From: Catajapyx aquilonaris
Taxonomy: Eukaryota
Length of the DNA stretch: 64,000 bases
Assembly: GCA_000934665.2 (NCBI GenBank)
Contig: KZ538051.1
Coordinates: forward strand, 62,001 to 126,000
Reading direction: 5' to 3'
Shown here: one piece after another, positions 17,335 through 30,900 of the stretch
Layout of the letters: each line of letters opens with the position of its first letter
Position numbering within the stretch: the stretch's first letter is position 1
Notes under the pieces: model-generated
Told to the model about the DNA's origin: nothing
Database searches by the model: none
The model's input: the letters and a program-made list of their open reading frames with translations, nothing else
Position numbers and translations under genes: made by a program

Positions 17335-19198
17335 TTTTACTTCGATTTAGCACAATTTTTCTTTTATGTGGGGAAAGTTTTGAGTTAGGTTGGTCATATG
17401 CGAGATATTTTCTTTTTTTAATACACATGCTTTTTGACAACAAAAGAAAAGGTTGGAATATTGTACAACTAGATTTATAATTTTAAGGTCTTCCGTGCCA
17501 AATTCTGGATTGTAATGCTTGTGACAATTGGGGTTGCTGAAATACATGCTATCCAAACTGCCTTCCCTACGATTTTATTTTTACAACATTTTTACAGCTC
17601 CTGCCTGGGATTATCTCATACTAAAGTGTTAGCAAGTAGAAGCATTTATTATAAGTTTATTGCATTTACAGTGTATTCATCGTTATTTTTGCAATCATCC
17701 ACCTTACATCCTTTCGTCACTGGATCAGGCGAGGAATATTTCAAGTCGAAATAATTTTGAAAGGCACGTAAACATGATTGCGCAGATATTCTCACTGCTT
17801 ACCTGTTTTCCTCCTGCAATCAAAATCCATCAACAGCGATTTGAATTAATAAAGAGGGTTATTGAAAGGCGTTATGTAATTTTCAATTATTTTCACACGT
17901 GCTGCACGGACCACCAGATAATTTCAGTGATGAGTTTGCGTAATAGATTTAAGAGGTGCAAGTTTCATCCCGGTAGAAATTACTGCAGCTGAATGCATCA
18001 CATGTGCTGTTACATAAAGTTGTCTGCATGCTACCTATGGTGTCACAGATACTGTTTTCCTCAACTATGTTATGGTACTTGCACAACTCATCCTTTATTA
18101 CCGGCTACATCTTACGCAAAGACCTCATCACAATACAGTGTATTGTCTGGAACAATCCACTCTCCGAACAATCCGAAGAATCTAGAGTGGCCGCATATTC
18201 CACCTGCTCAGACGCCTTGATAAAATCTTAAGACCCTGACCTGGGTTCATCAGGTCCTTGACTTGGGGGGGAATCCCATACCCGAAATAGCACCACTCTC
18301 TTTTGGCCAATCTGGAGCCATCTCTTTATTTCCACTTTCTTTTTCTTCAAGACTCCTGCGTGTTGCCTTGAACTTGATCTACTACCTGGCATGCACCTGT
18401 GCAATTAACTACGCATGGATCGTAGTTGCATCACTACTGCGACACAGAAGAACGGAAATGAAATGATTCAATTACTGGAATCAATCTGCATCAGTTACTG
18501 CAATGAAAATTGCTATTTAAAAATAAAATCTAGTGGACGTAGTACCATGTCTCTCACATATATGGACCACTACTGATGACTCACCACGGACAAAGCCAAA
18601 TTCTATATTATGCTCAGATTTTACTTATATAAAACTTGCGTCAACTGTGTCCTTGTGTACTAGTGACACACAGTTTTTCCCCATTTGCGTCACGAATTCG
18701 CAAATTTTGCACCTTCACAACTTCTATCAGCTTGGTGACCCCCAGAATGTGTTTTTTTGAAGGGTTTCTGACCTTTTTTTTTCGGATTCAAACACCGGCC
18801 TTCTGGATGCAAGGTTGGTTCAAGGCTCGCTAGTAATTCATCAACCCAAGGGGAAAACCCAGAGGATTAAAACAAAAAACACACTCTTCAAGACCATTGT
18901 ACCCTCAGCAAAATTCCGTTGTCTTCACGTGAGCAGATTGTGTTGCCTGGAGCAATTCATGCAATAATATTCTTTAGAGAGTGAATAATAAGGACGCAAT
19001 GTAAATATACGGATTTTCATCTCGTCACGTAACCCAAGATGTACTGTATAATGACACAATCATTCAATTGGATAATATACATAGTGTAAGGACAGATTCA
19101 CGCATCGCCAATTGGCTAGGTGTGACTCTGTCCCTCGACTCATCACCTAGGTGCATGTAGTTACCATAGTTACCGCTTGGAGTCAGCAGTGTGCTGCA

Positions 19199-19301
19199 CA
19201 CTTGGACTTAGTGCGATATGCCACAAAACCAGATGGCACGCATGCACACTGTGTGCATGCGTGCCATCTGGTTTTGTGGCATATCGTACTAAGTCCAAGT
19301 G
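19199..19301. repeat. 103-bp near-perfect palindrome (51-bp arms, 1-nt centre, one G/T mismatch)
   Basis: CACTTGGACTTAGTGCGATATGCCACAAAACCAGATGGCACGCATGCACAC-T-GTGTGCATGCGTGCCATCTGGTTTTGTGGCATATCGTACTAAGTCCAAGTG. Confidence 0.95.
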
Positions 19302-20289
19302 GGAAGCGGGCTAGGCAGTGTTGCCAAATTTTCGGGTTCACTACTAGTAGTTGTGTTGGCTAGAAGTTGGGTGATAAAAAAAGGTGTGAAATTAGCTTTA
19401 CACTATTGTTGCACCATGCGAGTTGGGAGATTAAAAAAGTGTGAAATGTTCGTGAGATCCTCAGCTTATCTCAAGATCTCAAAAATGTAAACCTTTGCTT
19501 TCGACTCCAATTACCCATGCGATGATATACCAAACTTATCAATGACGTGCTTTACCCATAAATCACCACATTAAAAAAAAGAAGCAGTGACCTTGTTTTC
19601 GACGTAAGTGAAAACCTTCCAAGAGAGGAATAAGAGCATGTCCAAGTGTACGATATGCATTTATTTATTTTTTTGCAAAAAAACAGCAGAAAACTTATCA
19701 AAAACATCAATCTGGAAAACAATAAACGCCAGTGGCAAGTAGGCCTCTTTATCCTGGGGATGTACACCTCACGCTAACACACACGAATCACAAGCGAACT
19801 AATTGCTCATTGGTCACCACTTTTTTTTTAGCACACAATTTTTTTCTTCTTCTACTCATTACTTTGTTTTGTTTTAAAGTGTCGACACATCCGACACAAT
19901 GTGCAATACACCGCTGCATTGTGTGCGACGATCAGTGCTTATATGCCCCACTTGGAGCTCTTTTTGTAAAGTAGGTTGTGTAGCGGAACACACACTGACT
20001 CTCCTAGGGGGCAGGGTGGGTGGTTAAGGGTCAACCTACCTCCCCCCCCCCCTTCCAACTCTTCAACCATTCCCCACCTCTCTTCGTCTCATAAGCGAAA
20101 AACCTTAAGAGAAAATTCCTGGAGACATCATTGGATATCCCATCCCCACCTCTCCAAACCCACCCAACCAGCTCCATTGCTCTCCCTGATGGAGCGTCAC
20201 TTATCCTAGCCGTACCGGACAGGACGGTCATCTTGCACTGTTGGGTAAGTACACCTTTTAAACATACCATCCCTTAATTGTGTACTCAC

Positions 20290-20960
20290 TACTGACAAAA
20301 ATTAATTGCCTGATAATAAATTTGTCTGAAAATATATTATTGCGACGATCCCAAAGCCACTTTCTCATAAAAATTAATTGCCTGCTAATTTTGTCTGAAA
20401 AATAGTTGTGATGACGGTTATGTTCAAATCGCCCATATGGTAGCCCACTTACTGATAAAATTGCTTGCTAATTAAATTAATTTGTCTGAAAACAACTAAT
20501 TGTGACGATGAAAACGTAGTCAACCGAATTCGAAATAACAACACAAGTTAAGTTAATTTGTCTGAAAATAATTGTGGTGATTAGGTCATTCTCAGATTGT
20601 AGTCACCTGCCCGCTAATTAAATTAATTTATCTAAAATTAATATACGGTATTGTTATTTTTTTTTCGTACGAGGTGTACAGGTGGCTACCCCTGTACGGG
20701 ATTTATGCCGTGAAGTAAATGATGAATGATGACATGGCCATCAGGTTCAAAACGCAGTTTGTCCATTCCATATTGTATAATCACTGATAAAAAAATAGGC
20801 GCTAAGTAAATTAATTTGGCTAAAATTAATTGTAGAGATCAGGATTAGGATCAAAGCGCTGTTTTGTCCATCCATTATTATTGTAACCGATTCGATTAAA
20901 AATAATATAATTGCCTGCTACTCAAGTTTGTCTGAAAATTATTAACTGTGAAGATCATGT
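20290..20960. repeat. Degenerate tandem repeat with AATTAATTTGTCTGAAAAT cores
   Basis: Recurring ACTGATAAAA...AATTGCCTGCTAAT...TTTGTCTGAAAA units. Confidence 0.65.
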
Positions 20961-21244
20961 TCAAAACGCGGTTTGTCCTTCCCAATTCGCAGTAATCAGG
21001 ACAAAAAAACATAATTATGGGCCATAATTATGTTTTTGTTTTCACCAGAAACTATGCTCAAGGTGAGCGTAGTTTCCATCATATTTGCCACGGGGAAAAT
21101 GTTGCCATGGTGGTAACCAAACCTGGACAAACAGACAAACAAACTTTGCCTTTTTATAATAATACAGGGTCACCCAAAAGTCTTGTCACAATAAAATTAT
21201 CTTTGTGTTTTAAAATGTCTTTTAAATTTAATTTTTGGATTTTA

Positions 21245-21475
21245 AATTTTTTATTTCAATTTGTTAATTTTTCTATTTTATTTCAATTTGTTAATATTTG
21301 TCTATTTTATTTCAATTTGTTAATTTTTCTATTTCATTTCAATTTGTTAATTTTTCTATTTCATTTCAATTTGTTAATCTTTCTATTTCATTTCAATTTG
21401 TTAATTTTTCTATTTTATTTCTCAATTTGTTAATATTTTTCTATTTTATTTCAATTTGCTAATTTTTCTATTGTT
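21245..21475. repeat. ~28-bp minisatellite (TTTCTATTTYATTTCAATTTGTTAATTT)
   Basis: About eight visible tandem copies. Confidence 0.9.
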
Positions 21476-21924
21476 TTATTCCAGTTTTTTGTATTTGATT
21501 TTCATTACTTGTCCGTTTTGCATTTTCATTCATTTTCTTTGTATTGTAATAATTGTATCTGTATTGTTGTTGGTTGACAATTGGCAATCTGGCAACCAGC
21601 AATACAATGAAATTTGCCACACTTTTGGGCCATCCTGTAGAGATTTACAGTATAGAGTATTTTTATTTATTTATCTCACAATTTATTTAGTGGACTGGCA
21701 TTCTTCTCACGGTCTGTTTGCATGGTAATCAACAACAACAATTAACAGGGGGAAAACACAGAATGTTTACTCAGCGATTGATCTGCAATTAGTACAATTA
21801 TATAGTATAAGTGGTTATAGGTTGCTCAATTATGACAGTGCACAACTCTGCCTTGTTGATCAGTGACCGAGCACATCTTCCGTCGTGGTACCGACCGACG
21901 ACGACGACGACCACGACGACGACG

Positions 21925-24900
21925 ATGGCCGGCGTGAACGTGAGCACCAGGGAGTCCTTCGCGACGCCCTTCGAGTTCGAGGCAGGTTTCGACTACGAGC
22001 AGAACCAGAAGTGGTTCCAGGAGTCGTGGGTGTTTGGGATTTACCTGTGGGTGGCGTACATGGTGGCCGTGTATGGCATCCAGCGGTACATGAAGGAGAG
22101 GCCACGCTTCGAGCTCAGGAAGGCTCTCTTCTTCTGGAACCTGGGTCTGGCCATCTTCAGCATCGCGGCCACCATCAGGACATTCCCGGAGATGATCTTC
22201 GTCTTGACCAACAGAGGGTTTTACTACTCCGCATGTCTTAACTGGTGAGTTAACATTTTTCTATCTTTATTGTTAACCAAGCTGAAAATGAGAAAACGGA
22301 ACTGGTGAATTTGATGACAATTGGGTCTAATTTTTGTCCCACTGCTAGTTACTGCTAACTTAGTAGTACGTACCAGTGCTAATGCTGGCACTGCTAAGTT
22401 CGCAGAAACTACTTTCGCAGCGGGACGAAAATTTCGCCCCATTTTTATAATTTTTTCCGTGATTTTAATATGATAATTAGTTTTGGTACTTTAAATGACA
22501 CGATTTTTGATAATTTCTTTAGTTGTCAAAAAAGTAGCATACCTCATCCACAATGTAAACTATGTACCTGTAGTGAAACGTGATTACTCATGGATGCATT
22601 ATTCTAGTGGCACTTATGTAATGAGAATATTACCATACACCAATAAATTATGGAAATACCTTGGGGGTAATCCCCATGAAATTAATTGTGAGAATACTGC
22701 TGTATTACTCTATAAAAAATGTAGTATACATTAAACTGCATGAGTACTTATCTCTTTGGTGAAGGACAAGTACTGTACTGCATACAGTCCATCTAGATTC
22801 TAGATAAAAAGCATATTACTTTGTAACTTCAATGAGAGTATGCCACAGTATCTTCCGAGCCTATGACCAGTACGTACTGGATTTTCCGATTTAATTGCAA
22901 GTTCAGGTAGAGCATTTTTCTCATCAGCTGCTTGTTATTAAGCGGCTATATTACTTGCTCTCAAAATATCATATGCAAAATTCATAATCCGTGATTCCAT
23001 CTCGTAAACAAGTTGACTCATCACATTGGTAGTAGTTACCATAGGCTTTCACTTTCCCTGTTCAACAATTAGAGGACAGTAGTATAGCGCCCTGGTGGAC
23101 TTTGTCCGCGCAGTGACTCATCACCAACGTGCATTTAGTACTACTTTTTCCTTGAGAGTGTCAGGAGTGTGCAGAGAGGAAGAGCCAGGGATTACTTACT
23201 TACTTGGTACTTAGTAAGTCATCTCTGGGGAGAGCCTATGCGCCAACCGGTAGTGGCCTAATTGTACTACGTCCAAGTTGAGGGGTGGGCCAAGCAGTGT
23301 TGCCAAAATTTGGCAACCGGTTCGCTACTAGTTTTACATTATGCTGATGATATGAGCTCCAACACCCATTGGCTATGTAGGTTGCACGCGGATTTACAAT
23401 GCTCAAAAAAAAAAATTGAAGTCCGGAGGTCAGCTGTCGTCATGACATCATATTGTCACGCATGAAAAAAGTGAGCAGGTCACGTATTGACAACCAGGAT
23501 GTGCTAACGTAGCAAAATACTGGGGCGAAATATTCGACAAGCACATGCCGAAAGGAGCTCATATAAACTCGCGGGTTTACGAGGAAGCAGTTTCCTCGTA
23601 CAATAAAGCTTAGCAAAAAGCTATATAATAAAAGGGTTACGCACTGTGACGTATATGGAAATCCGCGTGACGTTGGTCAGTTGTCCAGTTTTTTTCCTTC
23701 CCTCCACCCTCCCCCCTCCTCCGCCAATTGTTGTTTTTTTTTTTTGCTCCGAAAGTGAACCTTGCGATTGTTGTTGTCCTTGGCCTTTTTTGGAGGGTGG
23801 TACAACTACTGGGGGTCCGAGTGTTGACCTCGTCTGGAAGATGCAAACACGTGGACGATACTTTAATACTTTAGCAAGGAGCTCACTTCCTACATTCCAC
23901 CCCACTGACCTTTACGAGGGTTATAATAGAGCGTATTGGTGATTGGAAATTGGAGAAAGATGTGGCGAGTGGTTGATGTTTCTATGGATTATTTGGAGAA
24001 ATCGGGTCCGGTCTGGCACGATTGTCGAGCATTCCAGTCGGCCTCACCCTTGATGCGGGATGGGCTTGACCTCATTTTTTCGAACAAAAAGTTATCATGG
24101 CCTGACCTTTTTTATTCACTTTCCGCACCTGTGCAAGGTAGTTTCCCGATACGATTAAACCTGTCTATTACGCGTTCAAGTATTTTTTTTAAAATACGAA
24201 AAATGATTGTAATGACCATTATACAGACATGTTTGAGACGGTGTCATGATTAATATTAGGAAAGGATCCCTTTGATTTTTGCAGTGTTCCGAAATAATTT
24301 TTATTGTAGGCCCGCTATATAAGTTGTTCCTCATAATATTAGACGAAAAATGTTTTTAAATGTCTGTCCCTTGAGTAGCGAAAACCTGGGCTCAAAAGTC
24401 GTTGCAATTTTGTGCACTTGAAATGGCCACAGACAGCACTAAAAAGGTTCCCGAATTTTAATATTAATATTTCAGACAATAGTCGATTTTTTTAGTCGCA
24501 TATTGTTCAAGAGCGATAATTTTTATTGTAATTTTAACTGCGTGCTTGATCGCAGATTGTGCCACTAGCATTTATTTTATTAAATAGTACCTATAGATAA
24601 CAGCCTACTTTTTGTGGAAAATATGTGACTCAAAAAATTGGGCATAATCAAATCTATTTTCTGAAAAATTAACAGTAAAATTGCGGAAGCTTTTTAGTGC
24701 CTGATATGGCCATTTCAAGTGCAAAAATTTGCAAATTCTGGACTTTCGAGCCCTGGTTTTCACTATTACTCAAGGAGACAGATATTTAAAAATCGAGATT
24801 CATTTTTTCATATATTATGAGGAACAACTTCCAATAAAAAAAATATTGCTGGACATTGCAAATTCAATCCTGGAAGGGATTCAAACTCGCTATACCATAT

Positions 24901-27900
24901 ATGGTAAATGTGGTGTAAACTATAGTGAAAAATTGCGCCTTGACAAAGCAAAAGTTGAGGTTCATGGGCACTATACTTCCTTATGGACGTTGTACTGTTT
25001 TCAAAATAAAAATTTACAGCTTGTCGATCACTTTAAAAATGTCTGAGCTATGCGGCATTAGATGAAGCGTGTATTAATGATGCATCACACGTGCAGAATT
25101 GCTTCCTTGAAAATGATATGTTATTACACGCAATCATGAGTAATTTATTCTATAATCCTCCTAATCCTTCCGTATTTCCTCCGATTCCATCAGTGCGTAT
25201 TACCTGCAATTGCAGTTTGTAGTTCAGGTAGTGTCCTCTGAGGATGTTGTACAGTTCACGTCTTGTTACCTAATAATATTACATACGGTATATAGTTTAA
25301 AGGCAGTCTTGACAAGTGCGAGTTACATCATAAGGTTGCACTGATTTATTCAGTTGTTTCCATGTTCTCTTGTTAGATTGTAATAATGCGCACATGCATC
25401 TTGATTTTTTTCCCCCCTATTAAAAGTTACGTTGAAAAGGCGGTAGTGGTTGTAATTGCTGCTTTCAGTTATACGTTTTGTAATGATCATTTTTTGTGTT
25501 CGTTACTATGCCCTACGTAAGAAACATCCTGTTTTGTACGATACTTGCATTTCTTCATTTAGCAAAAAAAAGTGCACCCTTTTATGCGCTGAAGGATATT
25601 ATTATAGTCCTTCTTCTCATGCATGCCATCGTCTGAATACTTAAAGCACGAATTTTCCCTGTTCTATTTATACCACTGGCTTACACACGATAATGCATCT
25701 AACAACTACATATACGTGGTCGAATTACATCGCGAAATGGTCTGAGCATCATGAAGTAATATTCGAGTCATTCAGAGTCGCCATGAATCGTGTTTAATGA
25801 CCAGATGATTTTTGCTGCTGAGTGTGTGCCTCGGGCCTCGGTGTACAAAGTGACGCACGTCCCTTTTGTACAGTACATGGCAAATGGGTGGAAAAGATAG
25901 GAAAAACCTGTTCATAAGCAACACTCGATCCCACGCGATGTATCTAGCCTATACTATAATATACCTTCTGACGTGTGAATAGGGTGACCAAAAAAACAAC
26001 AAAGAAAACATCGGAAATTACCGGTGCACCTTCGGATTCAGCCAGAATTATTCTGGTTGGCAATGACCAGAGTCCTTGTGGCAAGTCAGGCTCTTAAGAA
26101 GGTTCATCGCAAAAAAAAAACGGCTAATAAAACTTGGGTCGCATGCAAACCTAAGTATACTGTACCTATAACCCTCAGAGATAGAATTTGGGGCACACGA
26201 CGTTGCTTTCGCTATATAAAATATGAGACATTGATGCCACCAGCATTCTGAGAATTGAATGATGAATGAACCACTGCCGAGACTGGGACACATCCTCGCC
26301 ATTCTTTTCCGGAGAGAGCCCAGAGTAATGAGTCACGAATGTACAGGGTGGTGCACTGCCTATAAGTACTGAAGCCGTAAATTATTTTGAAGAGCATCAT
26401 CATCTTGTCAGTTCATCTAGTGCGATTAGTAAAGTTCTTGTGAAAACGCAAGTCGACCGAAAAGAATCGAGTTAGTAAAAAGTTTAAAGAGTGCTGTTTT
26501 TCAAATGCATTTAAAGCAGAAAACATTTTAAAGTCATTTACATTGAAGCTCACCAAATGACCAGTAAGAGAAGCAGCAATTGCCTGTGAATTTTGCTTCC
26601 AAATGGTCAATCGGCAAATATTAACTTCTTGAGCAGCAATATTGAAGAGTGTACCACCCTGTATATGGACATGTGCCAGCGTCACCTTTTAAAAAAGAGG
26701 TAGTAATTAAAAAGAGCTGAGGGTGTGACACGGAAGGGCGGAAATTCCTCTTCCTTTCTCCTGACTCTCGATTTAGTGAAAGGAGATCATACATGGGCTG
26801 TATGTGCTTCTTGTCACGTAACGATGTGTTTCATAACCTTCTTGACGATGCGGATTTACAGTCGGAAATATTGGGGCGTCGTTCCGTAATTATTTTTGCT
26901 ATCAGTTAGCAATCTAATGTAATAAAGTATGTCACATAATAAGGAGTTGCGACGCAAAGCAAGACAGTGAGTTATGGTTCCAAAAGTAACGCCTGGTGGA
27001 CGTGAGGAAATTCCGAGACGGTGTAATTGTTTTACAGTGGACATGCTGCTGTAACAATATGGTGATATCGGTACAGCACATATAATTTTCCCGTTAAGAT
27101 ATTTTCCTTTATATATAGGAATAGGTCAATAAATTGGCGTTATAATTTGAACCGTAATTTTATTTCGTGAGTGACGCCTGATCGCATTTTATGACACGAA
27201 TATTAAAACGCAATTAAGTTACTACTCGGCATTTCAATATTTGCTGCCAGTGTATATTTAAAAATACTATCGTAAACCACTAAAGTGTTAATGTAAACAT
27301 TAACATGAGAATGTATCAGTCAGATTTACACTTTATGACGTTTCACTTGCAAGGGCACTTTTTTTTGTTGCTTTAGAACAATCTGCACCCCGCAATGATT
27401 TATACTTTTATAGCAAGGAAAACTGGATTTGTCGTATTTGATCAAACCGCAGCAAAAAAAAAAGTACAAGCACTGGAAAGAAGAAAGTGAACATGTCATG
27501 CGTAATGAATTAGGTGTTATGCGTTGTCACACTCAAATCTCTGACAAAAATTCTAACATTTGACAATAATTATCATAAGTATGGTATTTGACTCCTTTTT
27601 GGCTTAAAATAGCAGCCGATAATTTTCAACCGTTTAATGACTAATTTCTTAATTTTTCGTCGACTTTAATGGCCTCATATGCTACTCAGATTATAAATGC
27701 TTCAATACTTTTTTTTGATTGAGTCAATTGTTGTCATACACTATAGAATGTAACAGGTATAGCAATAAGCAACTATTTGACACTGATTGATTGGTCTGTG
27801 CTGTTCAAATGTTTGTAATAATTATTACACTTGCTGGCATCCTCTGATGAGGCACTTTGAGCAGCTAATTTTTTCCGGTGTGTCAATCAGCTCATTTCCT

Positions 27901-30900
27901 TTTTCGGTCCAACTCTTTCTCATTCTTTTATGTCGACTCATTGCGCTGCTGGCGTGAAACTGGTCAAACTATAGCATTGTTAATGCAGAAATTAGCCTCA
28001 CATGGCCTGTAGATGAGTCTTTAGCATTAATATAATATAATAATTCAGCTTAAATGTGTGTGCAAATAACGCCTTGAGACGTGCAGCCCAAGGATGGCCA
28101 TAATCCTTGCTGCTCTTCGCTTTCTGTTTGAGAACACCGGAAACAGGAAAAGACTGAGCTATTTTCCTTTTCTTTCCCTCCACGGCACAGGGGTGTATAA
28201 TAATAATAAAAACCTTCCTCTGTAAACCTGCAGCAAGGATTTTCACATCCACTTTGCTCAACTACGTAAGCATCGTGGATGGACTGACCTAAAAAAGAAA
28301 GAGGAACCGTAAATAGACATATTGTACAGTACCCAGTCTATTATAGAATTTCAGGTCCTTCAGGTTGGTTTCCCAATTTTTTTGGGGTGATTCCTCCCGT
28401 CCTTCTGATTATAATTTGAAGGAACTTAATTAACACTGAAGAGTGGTGGAGTGTCACCCAGTTCACGAGGAGAATACAAGGAAAAGTTGCAGACTGTTTA
28501 CCCCAGCAACCAGTTCCAAAAGTAGCAAGATAGTCAGAAGCGACAATCATGGCCACACTGTGCGTATGGCGAAACAATAATATCGTGTATGTGTATTGAG
28601 AGGTAGCTTTTGACAGTGTACGCAAAATAATTATCTTGCCTCAGGCCTACTTACATAATAATTGGCAGATGGACTATATCCACATCAGTGACAATCAGCA
28701 TGGTTATCATTGCAGTCATGTCGTGTACACCAGAAGACTCGTAATCATAGGGGGAAATCCCCGATTCCTTGTGCACATAAATCTACACTGTAACAATGAT
28801 AATAGGCGGGTTGATTTTTTTTTCTTACGGTTCGTTTGTTATACAAGAGCACTAAAGTACGATGGGAAATAAATCTACTGGATTTATTTCCCATTGTCGT
28901 ATGCTATTTAGGAGACATGATTTTGCCGCAGAACAAATGATTTTTGTTCTGCTGCAAATCATGTTTTCTTTTGTTACAACTCGTTACAAGTATGTATTTT
29001 GTATAATTACATGTTTACTCCAGTTTGTTACTTAATGTGGGAAAAAATTGCACGTGATTAACAAAGGGTATTCCCACAACTAAACTGTGTCCACTGTTTA
29101 AAAACAAGCGCCAGCACTTGAAAATGAAGTACTTAAAGCTATCGTGACTAACCAATGATTTAATTGTTTAACGTTACATGCGATTTATTGTGTATCGTCG
29201 TTTGTGACTGGATTTATACAACCCCATTAACATTACACTGCATGTTAGCTATTACACTATTATTAAGTGTATTACCCTGCATTTATACAGGGTGTTTACG
29301 ACCTAACTTTACAAACTTCTAGGGGTAATAGAGGGGACCAAGACAAACATTTTTGACATAGGAAACCGTGTCCGGAAACGCCATCTGGAGGGGGTTCATA
29401 GACGAGGAACGGGTGCGCTCAGACGCGTCACGCGAGAGGCGCAAGTAGAGCGGACTGTTTTGTTGATAGATGGTGCGTAGTTGTTGCCAGGTTATGGCGT
29501 ATCGCGTCGTTGTAAGTAAACAACAACATGATACGCCATAACCTGGCAACAACAGAACCGCTGTTGACTATCCGCGCGTCTCCTAGTAGGCGGACTTTAG
29601 TTGCTAGATGACTCTGTTGTCGCCACGTTATGGCACATCGTATCGTTGGTTACTATCCGAGCGCTATCTATCAACAAAACAGTCTGCTTGTCTAGCGCCT
29701 CTCTCGTGACGCGTCTGAGCGCACCCGTTCCTTGTCTATGAACCCCCTCTAGATGGCGTTTCCGGACACGGTTTCCTATGTCAAAAATGTTTGTCTTGGT
29801 CCCCTCTATCACCCCTAAAAATTTGTAAAGTTAGGTCGTAAACACCCTGTATAGTAATATTGCGTCGCATATCATGAGAGAAATTATTGTTTGTTTGAAT
29901 GCCATGATAAAATAATAACAATATTTATATCTTGACTTCTAAGACGGTATAGATTCCAGTGTCACGCACTTATCAAAAAGTCATAATAAGAAATAAATAA
30001 ATAATTATTAATGTGTTCACTTTAACTACAACATGATTGTGTACTTATTGCAACAGCAGTAATATCTAACCAGAACGAGACTTATTAATATAATTCTATA
30101 TAAGTTAATGTACATTGCTGAATGTGTGGCCTCACTGGGGTTGAATTATGTGCGTCTTTATTACACGCAAGTTATTTTTTTCAGTTGGGGTAATGACTTG
30201 ACACGCTTCCTGTAAAAAAATGAAGGTCATACATCATTCTGTACGCACATCATGTGCAGCACATGCATCACGTCGAATGTAGCATATATATATAGAGAGA
30301 AACCGGTTAACACACTCGCGCAGTTAACTGATATGTCTCTATATGCCCAGAGCATATTTTGTATGTACTGTGGAACTATGCGTATGTATACGAAATTAAT
30401 GTTTCTTTGCTCATGTGTGTGTCGTTCATCCAGCATCCATCATTATCTAGTCCTCATTTTCAGTGTTAAGCCAACAGGTTTGCTAGCACGATGTACGACA
30501 CTAGGTCAAGATCTGCTGGCAGATAGCGAATACCCCCACACATAATATACTATAACACATTGTATCCGAGCATATACAGAAAATAAATTAATGACTTGAT
30601 TGCACTTGGAAAGAAAACTAGGGTGAAGAGTGACATTGCTCTACATTACCGTTATTCCGCGGACATTCAACCTACATTGCACCTGTAATGGAGTTCAGTT
30701 GCAAGGTGATTGATGCATCTCTTGCATGTTGCTGGAGAAAACAACCCTGTTTGCACTGATTTCTTGCGAAATAAACCGACCTGATCAATGAGATTGTCTG
30801 CTGCATGGTCACGAACAGGATTACAGTTATTAAGCTGCAACAATTCGTGCAATATTTTTTTTCAGTTACTCGTGAAACCCTGGCACGTTAATCACGAGCA

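Noticed and set aside
21017..21728. Hydrophobic ORFs of 138 and 90 aa
   Set aside because: These are translations of a T-rich minisatellite.
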